A stretch of DNA of 64,000 nucleotides from Eledone cirrhosa (lineage: Eukaryota): positions 34,410,001-34,474,000 of the forward strand of contig OZ024751.1 of the NCBI GenBank assembly GCA_964016885.1. Reading direction: 5' to 3'. Positions 29,132-42,829 of this stretch are shown in pieces. The position numbers were made by a program, and so were the translations under genes. The notes under the pieces are model-generated. The model worked only from the letters and a program-made list of their open reading frames with translations, searched no databases and was not told the DNA's origin. Position 1 is the stretch's first letter. Every line of letters begins with the position of its first letter.

Positions 29132-30064
29132 GTGCGATTTTGCGATCAATATTGTGGAAACACCATGTGGATTATATATTTTACACTCAGCCTCAACGTT
29201 ATGTCCAGGTCAGTAAAAAATCTTTACCTGGGTCCTGTATTTTCGTTGCTTTAGTGATGCGGTCGGACTGCCAACTGCTATATCTAATTTGCTAAGCTGT
29301 CTGAACATAATGTTATACTCTGGGGTCTTACCTCATCTGAGTGCTAAAGCTACAAACCAAATAAGCATACACGATAGCTTGGCCGTATACTAGAGCTTCG
29401 TCTATGCTGTACTAAAATTTATATTTACTCCTAGAATTAACGATTAACTGATTAATATTATTAGATGATTCTATTGATTAATTAATTGTTTAAGTTTGTT
29501 TGATAACTTCTAGTCGAGTGCTTTATTCGGTTTGAATAAGGGGATTCATTCCTTTACCTCAAATTAGAATACACCGCCTAAGCGGGGGTTACCTCTCTTC
29601 GGACAAAACCATGTGTCTGTGGCGACCTTTAAAGTCACAGCATACCCGCTTTGGCTAAGAACGAAAGACTTGCTGAAGAAGTAAATCCTATGTTCTGTCG
29701 TCAAAAACCATTATATTGCAGACTCCTCCAATAGGAATTTGTCGATCATGGATTTGCAGAAACTTAGCGCTGTCGTTGCGTGCGATTTTGCGATCAATAT
29801 TGTGGAAACACCATGTGGATTATATATTTTACACCCAGCCTCAGCGTTATGTCCACGTCAGTAAAAAATCTTTACCTGGGTCCTGTATTTTCGTTGCTCT
29901 AGTGATGCGGTCGGACTGCCGACTGCTATATCTAATTTGCTAAGCTGTCTGAACATAATGTTATACTCTGGGGTCTTACCTCATCTGAGTGCTAAAGCTA
30001 CAAACCGAATAAGCATACACGCTAGCTTGGCCGTATACTAGAGCTTCGTCTATGCTGTACTAAA

Positions 30065-30072
<8 letters not shown>
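29132..30072 (+). mobile_element. Non-coding partial-tandem element (648-bp unit, 293-bp terminal direct repeats), retrozyme/PLE-derivative-like
   Basis: 29132-29424 repeats at 29780-30072; bounded by TA/TG microsatellites; contains an HHR-like motif. Confidence 0.75.
29654..29768 (+). ncRNA. Type III-like hammerhead motif with extended stem II and one core deviation
   Basis: GCTAAG-A-A-CGAAAGACTTG-CTGAAGA-A-GTAAATCC...GGATTTGC-A-GAAA-CTTAGC; stem III 6 bp, stem II 8 bp; A at the U16.1 position and a weak 3-bp stem I. Confidence 0.5.
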
Positions 30073-30100
<28 letters not shown>

Positions 30101-30102
<2 letters not shown>

Positions 30103-30291
30103 CGAAGGAAATGTGGTAAGGAACCAGGTGGACCATAACGCACCAAAGTACTCAATACTCAGGATAGTAGAGTGGGTAATAGGAACGAGTAGGACCCCCT
30201 ACGGCTGAGCTCAAGCCGTTTCGACGGCTAATTCTGGACTAGAATTAGCCGTCGAAACGGCTTGAGCTCAGCCGTCGGGGTCCTACTCGTT

Positions 30292-30296
<5 letters not shown>
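30101..30296 (-). mobile_element. Short hairpin-ended element in (TA)n, copy A
   Basis: ~57-bp-arm hairpin at 30179-30296 plus a ~78-bp tail; homologous to 34380-34572 in opposite orientation; (TA)n on both sides. Confidence 0.85.
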
Positions 30297-30347
<51 letters not shown>

Positions 30348-30482
30348 CATACATACTCTCCCACATACACATTCTCTCATACATAGATTCCACTGAGTCT
30401 CAAATACAACTCCAATTTCATTTAGTTTAATGGTGATTATAATTCTCAATGTGGTTGTCCCTGTTGATGATATGTTGAAGAG

Positions 30483-30540
<58 letters not shown>

Positions 30541-31165
30541 TAGTAGTAGAAGTGGTAGTAGTAGTGGTAGTTGTAGTGGTAGTGCTGGTAGTGGTAGTAA
30601 CAGTATTAGTTACAGTAGTAGAATTGGTAGTAGTAGTGTAGTAGAACTGTAGTAGTAACAGTAGTAGAAGTGGTAGTAGTAATAGTAATGTAATGGAGTA
30701 GTAGTACTAACAATAACAGCAGTAGTATCGAGAGCTGTTATTGTTAAGACAATTATATTGGACAGATATATAAATGAGTAAGGTAATTACCGCGTCACGA
30801 TGTAGTTTATTATACAGGTGTGTGTGTGGGGGGGGGGGGGTAAGATGGCCGAATGTCGTGGCATTCTTCAAACAAATTACTGATGTAGATTAAATAAAAC
30901 AATAAAAGATATTCACAAAACAGTCGTCTTGGTACTACAGACTTCATGACTACGCATATTATAATAGTCAATGAGAGATACTAACCCTGCTGCTTCTGGG
31001 ATTACCTCATTTCAAGATGTACCCGTTAGGAAGTACGCAGAAACGTTCTATATATATATAATTAGGATTTAGCTTCAGGCATAGCTGTGTATATATATAT
31101 ACAACTTTTATATATATGTATATGTATATGTGCATATATATATATGTGTGCGTGTGTGTGTGTGT

Positions 31166-31341
31166 AATTGTTTCTATTTTTTGGCACAAGGCCAGCAAAT
31201 ACCCAGTACATTACTGGTACTTTATTTTATCGACCCCGTAAGGATGAAAGGCAAAGTTAACCTCGGCGGGATTTGAACTCAGACCATAAAGGGCCGTAAC
31301 TCTTTGCTACAAAGCATGGCGTCCGACCCTCTACCGATACC
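31166..31341 (-). mobile_element. tRNA-derived SINE (family 1)
   Basis: Reverse complement of the 62341-62518 family: B-box GAGTTCAAATCC and core GCCTTTCATCCTTACGGGGTCGATAAAAT. Confidence 0.9.
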
Positions 31342-33774
31342 ATGTTTTGTACAGGAATAGAACTGTTTCCTTCGTTTGAGATCATCTGGGTGTTGGTTAT
31401 TAACAGAATTGTTAAAGGGTCAGGCGGAATTATTATGGTGTCTGTTTCGATTCTGCTTCTTGGCCCCTGAAAACAATTCATGCTTCCAACATGAATTTCT
31501 ACCACCAAATAATATCAGCAATGGAAACATTGTCTACTCTGTCCTATCTTGTGACTGGAGCCTTAACTTTCCCTTCTTTCTCTACAGATTTTATCGATCT
31601 CTAATAGACGGAAATTAACAAATAATAATAATAAATATAAAGAATAACCGACCTCGATATCATTGAACTATAAATACAGATCTCTATGGACTCATAACTC
31701 TTGATAAGTTGTCTGAGCGGCGTTGGGATATATGTCTTGGGTACCTTACTCAGCGCCTCTTCAGTTCTGAATTCTGTTGGTTCTTTACTGAGAATGAGAG
31801 AGAAAGCAAGATAGAGTGAGAGAGAGAGAAACAAACGTAACGTGAGAGTGAAAGCAGAAGTAATAAAGTGTTAAGAGGAATATCTACCCGAGTACTGGAC
31901 TGGTATATTTATCGACCTCGAAAGGATGAAAGGCAATCAAATATCGACTTAGGTATTTCGTCCGCCCATTCTAACGATCTTACCTCACTAGCACCATATT
32001 TAAAAATGGACAAATAACAATGCGAATATTTTGTTTGTCTAATTTCAGGGTAACAGACAAAAATAAAACTATTATGCGATTGTTTAGAGAAAGGGAGTTA
32101 ACAAATAAATAAAAGGAGCCATTTTTATCTTGATTGCCTTAAGTTCACAGATTTCAACTATTGTGACATTACGGCGTTAAAATCGATTTGTATGGTTAGA
32201 ATGCTTAGTACAATTGATTTCAGACTATTCAATCGATCATTTTCGATCAACATTAGAAAGAATTTTCGAATGAGATCGATAATGAGATGAGGCTTTTTAA
32301 TAAATAAATAAATAATATATAAATAAATAAATAACTGTACAAATAAATATATCTATGCATATATATATGCAAATATATATAAATTTATACGTGTATATAT
32401 ATGCTTATATATACATACATATAGGTAAGTTATTTATATATATGTGTGTATGTGTGTGTGTGTGTGTGTGTGTATGTGTGTGTGTGTGTCTGTGTATGAC
32501 AATGCGAGAACAGTGTAGTAGGTGGTAGTGTACAGTTATTTTGTTAGCTTCGTCTGAACATTTAGAGAATTATTTCCGCTTCACATAAATAAGGGGAGAG
32601 GATGTCTGAAGAGGTGGAATACGAGGATATATTGAAGGAGGAGGAGATGAAGGAGAATGTAAAGATAAAGAAGGAGGAGGAAGAGGAGAAGATGAGAAGA
32701 CGACGAAGAAGGAGGAGTTGTAGAAGAGGACGAAGACATAAACAAGACCAGAACCAAAGTTACAAATATATATCTCTTCATATAATATGTTTATATATGT
32801 TAGGCAAAGCGGTAGAGTGTTAAGGCTGGTGTAGCAACTGTTGTGTTTATTAATGAAATAATTTGCTACAATTGTTAATACCTCAGCAGATTAGCTGTTA
32901 ATTATAAGGCCGCTAAATCTTCCCATAAATCCCTCACTTCATTCTATTAGAAAATATCTCCTGGACTTCATATTGGAATATTCCTTTGATCCTGTTGCTA
33001 CGCAATGAAAGCAACTACCTGTTTAGTTCTTATGAAAAAGTGATGCAGGGATGTTGGTGGTGTTGGGAGACATGGTGGTGATGATGGTGATTGCTTGATG
33101 GAGATGGTAGTGGAAGTGATGATGATGGTGTTAGGGATGGATACCACTCTATTGTTTTCCAACAATGCTACCGCAATATATGAAAGGGAAACAATTATTA
33201 ACACACGTGACAATGAATATCATGCATTATATATATATAATGGTAATGATGATGATGATGAATTCCAATCAAAGGAATGCATTAATATATGCTCTGGCCA
33301 ATAGTACACGTTTCTTTCTTCATTTTATCGAGCGCCGTGGAAGGATAACATAAAAAATTGATCTTTGCGGGATTTGAACCAAGAAAAATAGTCATGTGAT
33401 TAAAACTGTGGAAGATTTTGTCAAAGTAATTTTAAATCTAGAACTTAAATATGTCTAAACCCTTCATTCAGTCACTGTACAATTCTCCTTGAGAATTCTA
33501 CAGTTATGGCCGAGTTCGGCACATTAATTTCACGCTTAATATAGTGGAAAAGTCTTAACGTATCTGACGTTAGTCTTCATCGGAAACCAGAAAAAGTGAA
33601 GGAGAAATAGAAGAAAGAGGAGACTGAGAAGTTGTAGAAACAATCTTCAAGAAATGGCAGTTCTGCTTATTTCACCATCTCTTGGAAAACTGTTGATAGG
33701 GGGGGGGGGGTAGGAAGTAGAGTTGACCATCTTTTGAAAGGTTGTGAGTAAATACATCTTATATTTAGAATGGA

Positions 33775-34055
33775 TATGTGTGTGTGTTAGCTGTTGGACC
33801 GTAGAGAGTTGTGAAGGTTTGTATACATGTTTATGTGTGTGTGTGTTAGCTGTTGGGCCGTAGAGAGCTGTGAAGGTTTGTATACATGTTTGTGTGTGTT
33901 AGTTGTTAGGCCGTAGAGAGCTGTGAATGTTTGTATACATGTTTGTGTGTGTGTGTTAGCTGATGGGCCGTAGAGAGCTGTGAAGGTTTGTATACATGTT
34001 TGTTTGTGTGTGTGTTAGTTGTTAGGCCGTAGAGAGCTGTGAGTGTAAGTGTATA
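33775..34055. repeat. ~55-60-bp minisatellite, ~5 copies
   Basis: (GT)nTAGCTGTTGGGCCGTAGAGAGCTGTGAAGGTTTGTATACATGTT repeated. Confidence 0.9.
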
Positions 34056-34333
34056 CATGTTTGTACGTGTTTATGTTGGTCTGTACAAAGCTGTGACGGT
34101 GTATTTTACTCACTGTAGCGAGGCCGTAGAAAACTGGAGGGGTTAATCTGAACACAATAAGATATATAAACATATCGACTTGTCCAATAATCCCTAGGAG
34201 CAAAGTAGAGGGAACTCACACAGATATTGTTATAGGTACAACAATTTTGATATAAAAACACATAAAATATATATTCAAGTCGAACAATGATATATTACTT
34301 ATTTGTATATTAGCAATATATAGTTTTAAGAAT

Positions 34334-34379
<46 letters not shown>

Positions 34380-34384
<5 letters not shown>

Positions 34385-34570
34385 AAAAAGTATGACCCCG
34401 ACGGCAGAGCTCAAGCCGTTTCAACGGCTATTTCTGTCCAGAAATAGCCGTCGAAACGGCTTCAGCTCTGCCGGCGGGATCATACTTTTTCCTATTCCCA
34501 CTCTACTACCCTAAGTATTGAGTACTCTGGTGCGTTATCGTCCATCTGGTTCCTTACCACAATTCCTTTG

Positions 34571-34572
<2 letters not shown>
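34380..34572 (+). mobile_element. Short hairpin-ended element in (TA)n, copy B
   Basis: Hairpin 34380-34495 (4 mismatches in ~55 bp) then tail CCCACTCTACTACCC...TTCCTTACCAC; (TA)n on both sides. Confidence 0.85.
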
Positions 34573-34605
<33 letters not shown>

Positions 34606-34698
34606 CATACATAGACAGAGAGAAAGAGAGAGTTATACGTGTGTGTCTATGCGAATTTATAGAGGTATACATACATATGCACATGTGTATATAAATAA

Positions 34699-34778
<80 letters not shown>

Positions 34779-34956
34779 TTATTTATTAATTATTTAGATC
34801 AATGAATATAGTTGATAGAGAGAGTGGATGATTGAGAAAGACACGAGATATCAGTTGTTATAAGACGCTCGTTAGAACTAAGCAAGATGACTTCTCTGAT
34901 ATATTTGTAAAAGAGTATCGAAAAAAATGTATGAACATATTGAAAACTAAATCAGA

Positions 34957-34999
<43 letters not shown>

Positions 35000-36166
35000 T
35001 ATATCATCATATCGACCTAATTTCATAAGACTTTCTATGTACTTTATGAGAGAATAATCGACTGTAAAAACATATTAGTGTGAAATTAAATTAATTAAAA
35101 TGAAATACATTGATTCCTGGAAACATACGTATCAATATCTTGTGTATATATATATATATTTCTTATGTGTATTTGAATATGTATACGTGTGTATAACTTC
35201 ATAGATTTATACATACATACTTTACTTACATATATACATACTTAACACACATATATACTTAAATATATATATACATACATACTTACAAACATATATACGC
35301 ATATCATTTTATGTGTTTGTCTGATGACGATATAAGGAGATTAATTTAATGAACTGTCGCACTAGTTTCAGACACCAATGCTATGTATGTGTTGTGATGT
35401 GTATCAGGGGATGTGTCGATATTGAATATATAACATAATACTTAATGGTTAGAGTTATAATTGAAAGTGTATCGAATTTCATTAGTTATAACGATATAAT
35501 CTTAGTCACGTACAACCTAAATATTATAAAAATATCCAATATTAATATTTCATACATATATGATAAAATAATCAAGAAAAAATGTTTCTATTCTACAGAA
35601 TGCCACACCTAATATGCATCGAGTGACCGCCTTCATCTTGTGCTGGTTGTCAGCCTGACCTAACTTGTCAGGGTAAAGACTTTCTTCCACCAAATTGGAA
35701 GTAAGGCATCCCAAATTTGAAAAGACCCCCTTGAGTTAGACTAACTTATGTGTAGAGAGAATCTTTGTCAGTTGTCAGAGAAAATGTTTTCACCATATTT
35801 TCCAGGTAGTGTAGGTGTGGTGGGTAGCAGGTGAGATGTCTTTTCCAGCCAAGTGTGTACACATTGCTATCATGTTCTTTCTTTATCGCCTTAGCCCGTT
35901 ATTGTCTGTATTCCCGTTTGGAAATATATAATAAGGAATAAACCATTTAGCCAAATATGCCACGGTGTTACACTGGCTTTCTAAAGCATCGGGTGGTAGT
36001 GCTATTACACAATATCTATTGGTGTGTCTCTCTATACTCCTGGAAACTGAATAAACCTGGGTCATAGATGACTGCAAGTGACGGACCAACGATTCACTGG
36101 ATGTTTGAACACCTGGAACATACGTCATCGGAAGCCACGTACCAGCAAATTGATGTATACCTAAAC

Positions 36167-36226
<60 letters not shown>

Positions 36227-36308
36227 GTATATTTATATATATATATACGTATATTATACACACATACATACGTAGATTGGCTGAACACTCAAACCGAAAC
36301 CACTTATG

Positions 36309-36374
<66 letters not shown>

Positions 36375-36533
36375 CATAGATAGACATAGATTGATTCCTA
36401 TTCGGTGTTAGGTATTAATGACTGCAGAATTAAAACGTGAAACAGTTCATTACCCACACACGGCATAATAGCCTAACACCTGTTTGTGTGTATGTGGAGC
36501 TGTCTAGGTTTGTATTTATGTATGCTTGGAGCT

Positions 36534-36617
<84 letters not shown>

Positions 36618-36631
36618 CATCAAGCACACAG

Positions 36632-36669
<38 letters not shown>

Positions 36670-37158
36670 AATTGATTCATTTATCTAAATCTGTGTGGAT
36701 TTCTTCCTTCATCCATCCGTCCATCCGACCATTCCACCATTCTCTCATCCATCCATCCGGACATCAATGGAACTTCTATTTCCTCCCCTGATTGATTTGT
36801 TTATCTATCGATATATTAATTTGTAAATTCCCCCATTCATTCAACCATGTAGCTTTTCATCGTTCTATCAATACATCAATGTTTCCACCTTTCGTACTTA
36901 TCTTTCTATCGATCTACCGTTCTATTCATTGATGTGTCGTTCGATCTATTTACGTACCTATATTCATCCATCTAGTAATCTATCAGTGAATCGATTAATC
37001 TCTCATCTTTGTATTATGTATTATATATTATATATCATGTATTATGTATACATATATGTCTATATATATATACATAAATGTATGTGTCTCTGTATCTATG
37101 GGTGTATACATATATATAAATGTCTGTATGTGTGTATGTATATATATATGTATATATA

Positions 37159-37302
<144 letters not shown>

Positions 37303-37752
37303 ACAAAAGTTGCTCACGTAAAAAAACGAAATGCACACATACACACACATATATAATGTGTGTGTGTGTTTTAAACGGTATTATCTATATGTTCCCCAAA
37401 CAGTCCCAAACGTAAGTACACCAATACTCTAACCCAATACTATATTTTATATATTATTTATAGTACTTAGATCCGAGAATCATCTTCTTTGAAATAGTAC
37501 CCCCTCCCCCCCCCCCTCTCTGGGATCGTACACAACTATCCTAGCACATCTCTTACGTCTGAAGTCTTTCCTTCGTATAATATAAACTTAGATTCCGTAT
37601 TAATGTCATCTGTCATCCTGAATGTGACACATGGTCGGCTTTAATTACATTTAGCAAAGCTCCGCGACCTCCAACAGTGATGAGACAGATATGTACAAAC
37701 TACATGGCATGACCAACGTTTTGTTTTGTTCTCCGTCCTTAAAAACTTGTCT

Positions 37753-37792
<40 letters not shown>

Positions 37793-37796
<4 letters not shown>

Positions 37797-37882
37797 AGAT
37801 TGATATTACCCACTCTACTACCTCACGTATCGAGTACTCTGGTCGGTTATGGTCTACCTGTTTTTTACCACGCCCTAGCTGA
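37793..37882 (+). mobile_element. Diverged tail-only copy of the hairpin-ended family
   Basis: TATTACCCACTCTACTACC...GAGTACTCTGGT.GGTTATGGTCTACCTG...TTACCAC matches the tails of copies A and B; TA-flanked; no hairpin. Confidence 0.7.
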
Positions 37883-38039
37883 TATATATTCAAATATTTT
37901 CGCATGGAGATATCCACCTAGCTTTGACCAGACAAGCTAATTGAAAGTCCAATGTATTGTTACGATTCGTAATCATGTCGACGAAATAAATCGCAGGTAA
38001 AAGATGCTGATACAATTATCTACCTCTCAGTCCTGCTTG

Positions 38040-38310
38040 TATGAAACATTATGTACAATGAACAACATTGTTTGAAGTAGCCGTCACTTCACATTTCCAG
38101 TGGCTTTGTTATGCACAGTGCTTCTATTCCATTCAGGAGAACAGATTCCGCTGCTGCAATATAAACCCTTTCAGTAAGCTACGTCCATACGTTCATCATT
38201 AGCTGTGACCTTCCATCTATCATTCTTCGTCTGTGAAATTATCTTTTCAGCAGAATCCTTATGAGCTTTCATGAACTTCTCATAATCTTTTGAAATAGTA
38301 TCCACTCACA
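38040..38310 (-). pseudogene. Possible LINE ORF2 fragment (post-endonuclease linker)
   Basis: Hand translation DTISKDYEKFMKAHKDSAEKIISQ... resembles LINE linker segments; in-frame stop; no catalytic motif seen. Confidence 0.3.
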
Positions 38311-38340
38311 TTGATAATCCTTCATATCACCGAGTAATCC

Positions 38341-38557
38341 CTCACTACCCCAGGTATATCTGTCATTATGTAGAGATTCTCCATGTCTTATCACCTGGGT
38401 AATATCTCACTACCACAGGTATGTCTGTCATTGTGTAAAGATTCTCCATGTCTTATCACCTGGGTAATATCTCACTACCACATGTATGTCTGTCATTGTG
38501 TAGAGATTCTCCATGTCTTATCACCTGGGTAATATCTCACTACCCCAGGTATGTCTG
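38341..38557. repeat. 65-bp minisatellite, ~3.3 copies
   Basis: CTCACTACC starts at 38341, 38406, 38471 and 38536. Confidence 0.92.
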
Positions 38558-39469
38558 AGAACCCCAGTCAAATCTTATTTTCTTTGGTTTACTTTGTGTC
38601 ATGCCTAGTTTTATTTTGATCATATGGTTTCTCTACTTATTGATTATAGTGTAGTCAATTTGAGACTTCCTTTAATATCTGTTAGATATATCCAGAGATT
38701 TCGCCCCTCTTCTCTTATGATACATAAGTGATTAGTGTTGTATTTTATGAATGAACGAGGAAGAGATTTCCATTTTTGTAACTGCTTTCATGTCGTGTAT
38801 TTTGAAATATGATCTTCAAGGAATGTGTTAAAGTCCCCAACATTTAGTAACATTTAGCGTTGCTGTAGATGACAGCTCTTAATCTTTCCTAATGATCTCC
38901 GGAAAGGGAGAAGATGATGTCAACGCTAGTGGTCAGAATGACGATATTTCATTCAGTACAACACTACAGCATGCTCTGACATGTAGAGCTCACTGAATAT
39001 ATCCTGACATGTAGAGCTCACTGCATATACCCGTGTCAATCGAAATTCATTTGGATATTACGTCTCTGGTTTCTTATAGTATTGCTTTTATCTGCAAACC
39101 TTGAAAATAAAATTGAACTCTTGATTCACTCTCCCCCCACACACACATAAACACTCTCACACACGCACACATAAACACACACTCACATTCACAAAACACA
39201 ACATATACACCACAAGACAAAAGAAAAACCTTATAGCTTTTTTTAAAATCTATTTTAAGCTATATTTACAAACGTTAAAAATAACTCTTGACACAATGGA
39301 ATCTCACATAAATACATACACACACACAAACACGCACACACAAACACACACACACAAACACAAGAACATCAAAATGCCATCTGGCCCTATTATTCAAATC
39401 AATAGTAAATCAATTGAATCCTGACCTGTGCAACTCCACTTCCTCCTTCACCATCCCACATTCATAAAG

Positions 39470-39557
<88 letters not shown>

Positions 39558-41069
39558 CTAACTTGCCACAGAATATGTGGACACTGTTTTAATATTTCAG
39601 ATTTAATGCAACAATTATATAATGACGGCTACTTCAAACGTATAAAAATATTCCTCTAGTCGGATTAAAGAAAAAATAATCTTTAAATATACCCCTGTGC
39701 TATTTCATTTTTACTTTTTACATTTATAGTATATATATACATATGTACATACATACATATTGTGCGTGTCTGTATATGAGTGTGTGTATGTATAATATAT
39801 TATATAATATGTGACGGCGGGTGGTTTTGGGGTTATGGACCTCGGGTGACGTTCGTAAAGTCTTGGGTTCGATTGTGAGAATGTACTGAGAACTACATTA
39901 AGGGTGTGAGTATTTGTGGAAAGCTCAGCCTCTTGCACGTTAATTTCTATCTATCTATCTATCTATCTACATACCTAGGTACCAATCTATCTATCTATCT
40001 ATCTGTCTCTGTCTCTCTCTGTATATATATATATATATTATTACTATATTTGCATCGTAAGAGTAGCAGATGCAGCAGTAGCCACAACAGCAGCAGCAAC
40101 AGAAGCAGCAACAGTATATGTTGTGGTATCAAATATAGCAGCAACAGCAGCAGTAACAGTAACAGCAGCAACAATAGCAGCAACATCAACAGCAAAAGCA
40201 GTAGTTATAGCAACAGCAAGACTTATAACGACAGCAGCAATATCAGCAGTAAGAACAGCAACAGCAGCACTAGTAGCAGTAGATGTACTCGCAATCGAGT
40301 ATGACTTGGTAGTATTTACCAGGTTTTTTTAGGTGTCTAAGCAGTAAGGAGCAAACTTGACTACCTTCTGAAACTTAGATTGAGAGGAATATCGAGGATA
40401 TGACAGAGAGAGATAGGGGCAGGGAGAAAGAGAGAGAGAGCGAGAGAAAGAGACAGATAATGAGAAGGAGAGAGTGAAAGAGGGGAAGGCACCAGTACTG
40501 GAATGGTATTTTTTATCTTCCTACGAGGATGAAAGTCAAAGTAGATCTGGCTAGGATTTGAACTCAGAATGGTGAAAACCAGAACAATCTCACAATAGTT
40601 GTTGCTGTTGTTATTGTTGTTGTTGTTTTGCTGTTGATATTGTTGTTGTTGTCATTGTTGTTTTGCTGTTGATAGTGTTGTTGTTGTTATTGTTGTTTTG
40701 CTGTTGATATTGTTGTTGTTGTTATTGTTGTTTTGCTGTTGATATTGTTGTTGTTGATATTGTTGTTTTGCTGTTGATAGTGTCGTTGTTGTTGTTATTT
40801 TGTTGTTGATGTTGTTGTTGTCGTTGTTGTTGTTGTTATCGTCGTTGTTGTTGCTGCTGTTGCTCTTCTCGTAGTTTATTTTATTTTTACTTGATGACAT
40901 AAGCGACATCTTTTTTTGAACAGCTGCAAAATTGTTGAAGAAAATGGTGGAAACATTGCATGGTGAATGTGTAGAAATGGAGGACACGGGTCAATGAGGG
41001 GTGAGAGTGGGGAGAGAGGGGGAGTGGGGAGAGAAAGAATGTATGAGGGAGTATAAGATATATACATAC

Positions 41070-41520
41070 ATAAGTGATCCAACTAGATTATGAGAAATCA
41101 CATGTCTACACATATATACACACACATAGACATATATACCATAGACATATATACCAGTATTATACATTAGTAGTCCAACTAGAGTATAAGACAAAAATAT
41201 ATACACATATACACATATACCTGTATTATATATCAATGGTCCAACTTAGGTAGAGAATATATATATATATATATATACACGCACACACACACATACACAC
41301 ATACATATATACCAGTATTATACATTAGTGGTCCAACTAGAGTCTGAGAATATAAATATATACATATACACGCACACACACACATACACACATACATATA
41401 TACATATATACCAGTATTATACATTAGTGGTCCAACTAGAGTCTGAGAATATAAATATATACATATACACACACACCTCTATTATACGTCAATGATCCAA
41501 CTAGAGTATGAGAAGATATA
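41070..41520. repeat. Irregular tandem of a ~40-bp core separated by CA/TA microsatellites
   Basis: ATACCAGTATTATACATTAGTGGTCCAACTAGAG-type core recurs about six times. Confidence 0.85.
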
Positions 41521-41642
41521 TATATATATACACAGCTTAATTATACATTAGTGACGTAACTCCCGCCTTACTTTGACGAGGATCAACGACCTATCAGTTA
41601 TAGGTACTTCCGGTACATCAGTTAGTATCCCAGAGAGATATC

Positions 41643-41700
<58 letters not shown>

Positions 41701-41737
41701 CAACATCAATGACTGAGATTCAAGGAATAACAATAAC

Positions 41738-41774
<37 letters not shown>

Positions 41775-41777
<3 letters not shown>

Positions 41778-41957
41778 GCTTCTGATTTAGGCACAGGGCC
41801 AACAATTTGGTCGATTAAATTGACCTCAATGCATTACTGGTACTTTATTTTATCGACTCCGCAAGGATGAAAGGCAAAGCTAACCTCGGCGGGATTTGAA
41901 CTCAGAATGTAAGCATGTTGTCCGACGCTCTTCCAGTTTTACCAACCCACCACCCTA
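41775..41957 (-). mobile_element. tRNA-derived SINE (family 1) with (TTA)n tail
   Basis: Same B-box and core; adjacent (AAT)n on the left corresponds to the 3' tail. Confidence 0.88.
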
Positions 41958-41987
41958 ATAATAATAATAATAATAGTAATAATAATA

Positions 41988-42110
41988 GAGGGGTGTAAGA
42001 AAAACTCCCCGGGAAGCAAAGACAATCTTGCTGTTAATCAGGATTAACTGCACAAGACTTCTAAAAAATTCAGACATGGCTTGGATAGACTTTCAGAAAG
42101 CTTTTGGCAT
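41988..42110 (+). pseudogene. R4/Dong-like LINE RT fragment
   Basis: Frameshifted RGCKKN..GSKDNLAVN...MAWIDFQKAF, matching the QKGC..GTKDQL / WIDYKKAFD RT motifs; begins right after (AAT)n. Confidence 0.6.
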
Positions 42111-42584
42111 GAAAACATTTCTTTCAGATAACTTTTACACGTTTTCAATGTAACAATTTCTCATAAACTACACATTTTCTAAAAATGGTGAAGAGAAAGA
42201 ACACATCAACTATAAATAGTATCACTACCCTTTATGTTAAAATTAACTTTGATAATAGTCCTAACGACTTGTGAGGAAGAGGTGGCACTAATCTATTTGT
42301 AGACTGATGTTGCTCACCTTGATTTGGTCAAAAGAAGTAAGAAACCCCGGGGACATCATCACCTATAATAGAAATAAAAACAAGAAAACAATATTAGAAA
42401 CTAACAACACTAACACCTGCAATTAAATCTACAACCTCTCCACCCCCAACACCGCCACCACCACTGCCGCTGGTGTTATAGAAACATTTGAAAAAACTAA
42501 CAATTTCAAACAACAATAGCACCTTCAACCCCACGGCTACCACTACCGCTACCGACAACACTGCTGCCACTGGTAACCGCTATA

Positions 42585-42738
42585 ATAATTGTTTCTACTT
42601 TTAGCACAAGGCCAGCAATTACCTGAGTACATTACTGGTGCTTTATTTTATCGACCCCGTAAGTATGAAAAGCAAAGTTAACCTCGGCGGGCTTTGAACT
42701 CAGAACGAAAAGATCCATAACTATATGCTGCAAAGCAA
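42585..42738 (-). mobile_element. tRNA-derived SINE (family 1), 5'-truncated
   Basis: GCACAAGGCCAGCAATT...ATCGACCCCGTAAG...AACCTCGGCGGG.TTTGAACTCAGA. Confidence 0.88.
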
Positions 42739-42829
42739 TAATATTAATGGTTTCATTAGGGTCCAATAAGTCCTGGTACTCCCTGTCAAAATATCGCTTT
42801 ACCTGGCAATTGTAGGTGAAAACGTTTGG

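Noticed and set aside
32602-32823. Glu/Arg-rich 73-aa ORF
   Set aside because: GAG/GAA purine-rich low complexity; no other support.
42750-42810. Collagen-like GVPGLIGP on the minus strand
   Set aside because: Only three triplets, bounded by stops.
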